NCBI GenBank assembly: GCA_963826975.1
Contig: CAWGZJ010000005.1
Location: 302,959 to 366,958, forward strand
Direction of reading: 5' to 3'
DNA: 64,000 nt
Source: an uncultured Alphaproteobacteria bacterium
GTDB lineage: Bacteria > Pseudomonadota > Alphaproteobacteria > Acetobacterales > Acetobacteraceae
Shown here: one piece after another, positions 61,079 to 64,000 of the stretch
Layout of the letters: each line of letters starts with the position of its first letter
How positions within the stretch are numbered: position 1 is the stretch's first letter
The notes under the pieces: generated by a model
Databases searched by the model: none
What the model was told of the DNA's origin: nothing
Seen by the model: the letters and a program-made list of their open reading frames with translations, nothing else
Position numbers and translations under genes: made by a program

Positions 61079-61088
61079 ATTGTCATCA

Positions 61089-62063
61089 CTAACACCCCAG
61101 CGCCTGCATCACCCCGCGAATATACCCATAGCAATACGCAAACGCCGTCCCCGACGGATCGCGTCCATCGATTTCCGGCACATGGTCCGGCATCACCATG
61201 TACTGATACCCAACCTCCTTGTACACCGCCAGAGAGCGCGCCATATCCATATCACCCTCATCCGGAAACACCTCCATAAAACTCAGCTTCCCTCCCCGAA
61301 TATTACGGAAATGCACATTGAACAGCTTGCCCCGCCCGCCAAACCACCGGATCACATCAAAAATCTCCCGCCCCGGATCATCCAGCATCTCCCCAACCGT
61401 ACCCTGGCAGAAATTCAACCCATGGTACGGGCTTTCATGCATCGTCACGAAACGCTGCAACCCCGCCACCGTCCCCAGCACCCGAGTCACACCACGATAC
61501 CCCGGCGGCGTATACGGATCGTGCGGGTGGCACGCCAACCGCACCTTCGCCGCCGTCGCCACCGGCACCACCGCCGCCAGGAACGTATCGATCCGCTCCC
61601 AGTTCTCATCCTCGCTCACGGTCCCGGCCAGGCCCGGCGCCACCGCCTGGTCCGCCTTCTCCCAGCGGAACGCCGCATTGCGCGACCCGCCACGACCCGC
61701 CTCCTTCTCGGTGCGCGGAATCCCAATCAGGTTCAGATTGTATTTCGCTGCCGGAATGCCCGCCGCGCCGATCCGCTCGATCAGCCGGCAGATCGAGTCC
61801 AACTCGCGCCGCCGCTCCGGATCACGACCCAGCAGCACATGCGGGCTTTGCGCCTGCTCGATCGGGCGTGAGGCCAGCGGCAACTGCACCATATCCAGCG
61901 TCAACCCAAACGATTCGACATGCTCGCGGACCCGCACCAAATCAGCCAAACTCCAGTCGTGCGGATTGCCCGGCGGATCGACGCAAACATGCGTGACCCC
62001 AAGCTGCGCCCACACCCGATAATCCTGATCATCGCGCGGCGCGATCTGCGTGCCGACATACAT
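61089..62063 (-). CDS. uxuA: Mannonate dehydratase
   Basis: UxuA-like xylose-isomerase-fold sequence. Confidence 0.75.
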   Translation of the reverse strand: MYVGTQIAPRDDQDYRVWAQLGVTHVCVDPPGNPHDWSLADLVRVREHVESFGLTLDMVQLPLASRPIEQAQSPHVLLGRDPERRRELDSICRLIERIGAAGIPAAKYNLNLIGIPRTEKEAGRGGSRNAAFRWEKADQAVAPGLAGTVSEDENWERIDTFLAAVVPVATAAKVRLACHPHDPYTPPGYRGVTRVLGTVAGLQRFVTMHESPYHGLNFCQGTVGEMLDDPGREIFDVIRWFGGRGKLFNVHFRNIRGGKLSFMEVFPDEGDMDMARSLAVYKEVGYQYMVMPDHVPEIDGRDPSGTAFAYCYGYIRGVMQALGC

Positions 62064-62079
62064 CCCCTGCCCTCCCCCA

Positions 62080-62256
62080 AGCCCGCATTTCTCATACTCT
62101 CGCGGATGCTGGCTTGGTCCTTGCCGCGCCAACAGGTTTTCGCACCTCGCTTACACTCATTGGGCCAATACACCCGGTATTGGCGTCGGCGCGAAAACCC
62201 GTTGGCACGACAATGACCGGCGCCATCATCCCGCAACAGTATGAGAAATGCGGGCT
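62080..62256. repeat. MITE family E copy 2 (inverted relative to copy 1)
   Basis: Lies 17 bp upstream of the uxuA start; its distal end contributes the stop codon of the citrate-synthase-like gene. Confidence 0.8.
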
Positions 62257-63413
62257 ACACGCCAACCGGCGACCCAACATAGGCCGCCGTCGGACGATAC
62301 ATCCGCCCGGTTTTCGCCTGCTCCATCGCCTGCGCCAGCCAGCCCGGCCCGCGCCCCACCGCGAACACCGCGGTGAACGCGTCGCGCGGAAACTCCAGCG
62401 CGTCCAGCAGCAACGCAGCCGCGATCTCCAGGTTCGCCGGCAGCCGACGCCCCGGCTTCACCCGCGCCAGCACCACTTGCAGCCGCCGCTCCACCTCATT
62501 GGCGAACTCCAGCCGGCTCGCCCCCGGACCCAGCCGGCGCAGCGCCGCACGAATCGCGGCCGACCGCGGATCGTTCCCGTCAGGGAACAGCCGATGCCCG
62601 AATCCCATCAGCCGTTCGCCGGCCACCAGCTTCCGTTCCAGCCACGCATCAAGGTCCTCAACCCAAGCCGCCTCATCCAGCAGATCGAGCGTCGGCCCCG
62701 GCGCCCCGCCATGCAGCGCCCCGGTAAACGCACACCACGCCCCAAGCGCCGCGGACACCAGCGACGCCCGCGTCGACGCCACCACGCGCGCGGTGAAACT
62801 CGACGCATTCAGCCCGCTGTCCATCATTACGGTGTAATACGCATCCAGCGCCGCCACCCGCACCGCATCTTGCGCCGTCCCGTGCGTCATGCGCAGCACA
62901 TCCGCCGCAGTGCCCAACGACGCATCCGGCGCCACCGGCGCATCCCCCCGCCGCGCGCGGATCAGCGCCGGCACGCCCACACTCAACGCGCCGATGATCG
63001 CCGCCGGCGTGCTGTCATCCGCCAGCTCGGCCAGGCAACGCCGCACCGCCGCGTCCATCGGTCGCCGCGCCGCCCCGTCCAGCCACAACGGCAGCGCGGC
63101 AAACGCCGCCACCCTGGCCGCACCCAGCGCATCGCGCACGCCCGTGCGCGTCAGCCCGTCACCGGCAAATCCCTCCCACAGCAGCGCGATGGTGCCCTCA
63201 TAGCCATAATCCACCACCAGGTCCGGCACCGCGACGCCACGCATCCACAGCATGTTGCGCTTCGGATCGGCGGTGCTCAGCACCGTCTCCGCCGCAACGA
63301 CCCCTTCCAGCCCCGGCTGCATCCCGCCTCTCCCCCGTCGCGCCCCGATCATGGCCGCGTCGGCCGCCCGAGTCACACCGTCCGAGTCACACTGGCGGTC
63401 GATCTCGAACATC
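62255..63413 (-). CDS. Citrate synthase family protein (citrate / 2-methylcitrate synthase-like)
   Basis: GFGHRLF..D.R conserved catalytic-region motif and overall family similarity. Confidence 0.65.
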
Positions 63414-63579
63414 CCGGACGATTGACGCGGCCCCAGCCCAAGGTTACACCGCGCGCCCACCCGATCGCCCGCCCAGCGGGTTGCCGGATGCCCAGGTGGC
63501 GGAATTGGTAGACGCGCAGGTTTCAGGTACCTGTGGCCGCAAGGTCGTGGAAGTTCGAGTTTTCTCCTGGGCACCAGAA

Positions 63580-63750
63580 GCAGTTGTCAGTGATCGGTTT
63601 TCAGTTTTCAACCGCGGTGGATAGGCTTTGAGCAGCACGCAGTTCATGCCGGGCGGGACCAGTCAGTTGTCAGTGATCGGTTTTCAGTTGCCAGACGCGG
63701 CGGGTAAGCTTTGAGCAGCACGCAGTTCATGCCGGGCGGGACCATTCATC
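63580..63750. repeat. ~88-bp tandem duplication (2 units) spanning the rnd translational start region
   Basis: AGTTGTCAGTGATCGGTTTTCAGTT...GAGCAGCACGCAGTTCATGCCGGGCGGGACCA occurs twice. Confidence 0.8.
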
Positions 63751-64000
63751 TGCATCGGCACGATCTGCCGGATGGGTTGGCGCTCGGGCCAGTCGTCGCA
63801 GTCGATACCGAGACGATGGGGCTCAATCCGCATCGCGATCGGCTCTGCCTGGTGCAGCTTTCCGGCGGCGATGGCCAGGCCCATCTGGTGCAACTGGTGC
63901 CGGCCGCACTCGGCGGGCACGGCTACGACTGCCCCAACCTGGCGCGCATGTTGGCCGACCCGGCGGTCGTCAAGCTGATGCATTTCGCGCGCTTCGACGT
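63728..64000 (+). CDS. rnd: Ribonuclease D (N-terminal 3'-5' exonuclease domain; partial, runs off the window)
   Basis: VDTETMGLNPHRDRLCLVQL DEDDy motif. Confidence 0.6.

Overview
This is a high-GC (roughly 65-70%) chromosomal segment that looks alphaproteobacterial. The core content is housekeeping and transport genes. On the minus strand there is an outer-membrane/lipid A block, bamA-skp-lpxD-fabZ-lpxA, with lpxI divergent on the plus strand. Also present are gatC-gatA-gatB, ruvX, a GldA/GldF/GldG-like ABC transporter module with a DUF4340 partner, msrP, a hybrid histidine kinase, an S45 penicillin/AHL acylase, and a LysR + DUF1127 pair. Around these the window is unusually rich in small mobile and repeated DNA. 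An IS481-family element has inserted into one copy of a palindromic repeat. At least five dispersed repeat families occur (A, B, D and MITE-like families C and E). Several short tandem repeats are present, and tandem duplications of ~150 bp units have captured gene ends. Two accessory patches (about 35.4-40.3 kb and 48.4-51.9 kb) hold an ISL3 remnant, two methyltransferases, a truncated cydA, an orphan Rhs C-terminal tip, an antitoxin fragment and a PEP-CTERM protein. The first patch contains a lower-GC stretch around 38.3-38.9 kb and the second a lower-GC stretch around 49.6-50.3 kb. Decayed genes include oxalyl-CoA decarboxylase (one frameshift) and an RND efflux pump (three frameshifts). 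The most striking single observation is a peroxiredoxin-like gene whose conserved WCPYC redox motif reads W-TGA-PYC, which makes it a candidate selenoprotein (or a point-mutation pseudogene). No CRISPR array, rRNA or clear defence system is evident. All calls are from reading the sequence and the six-frame ORF translations only; many long ORFs on the opposite strand of real genes are GC-driven artefacts.
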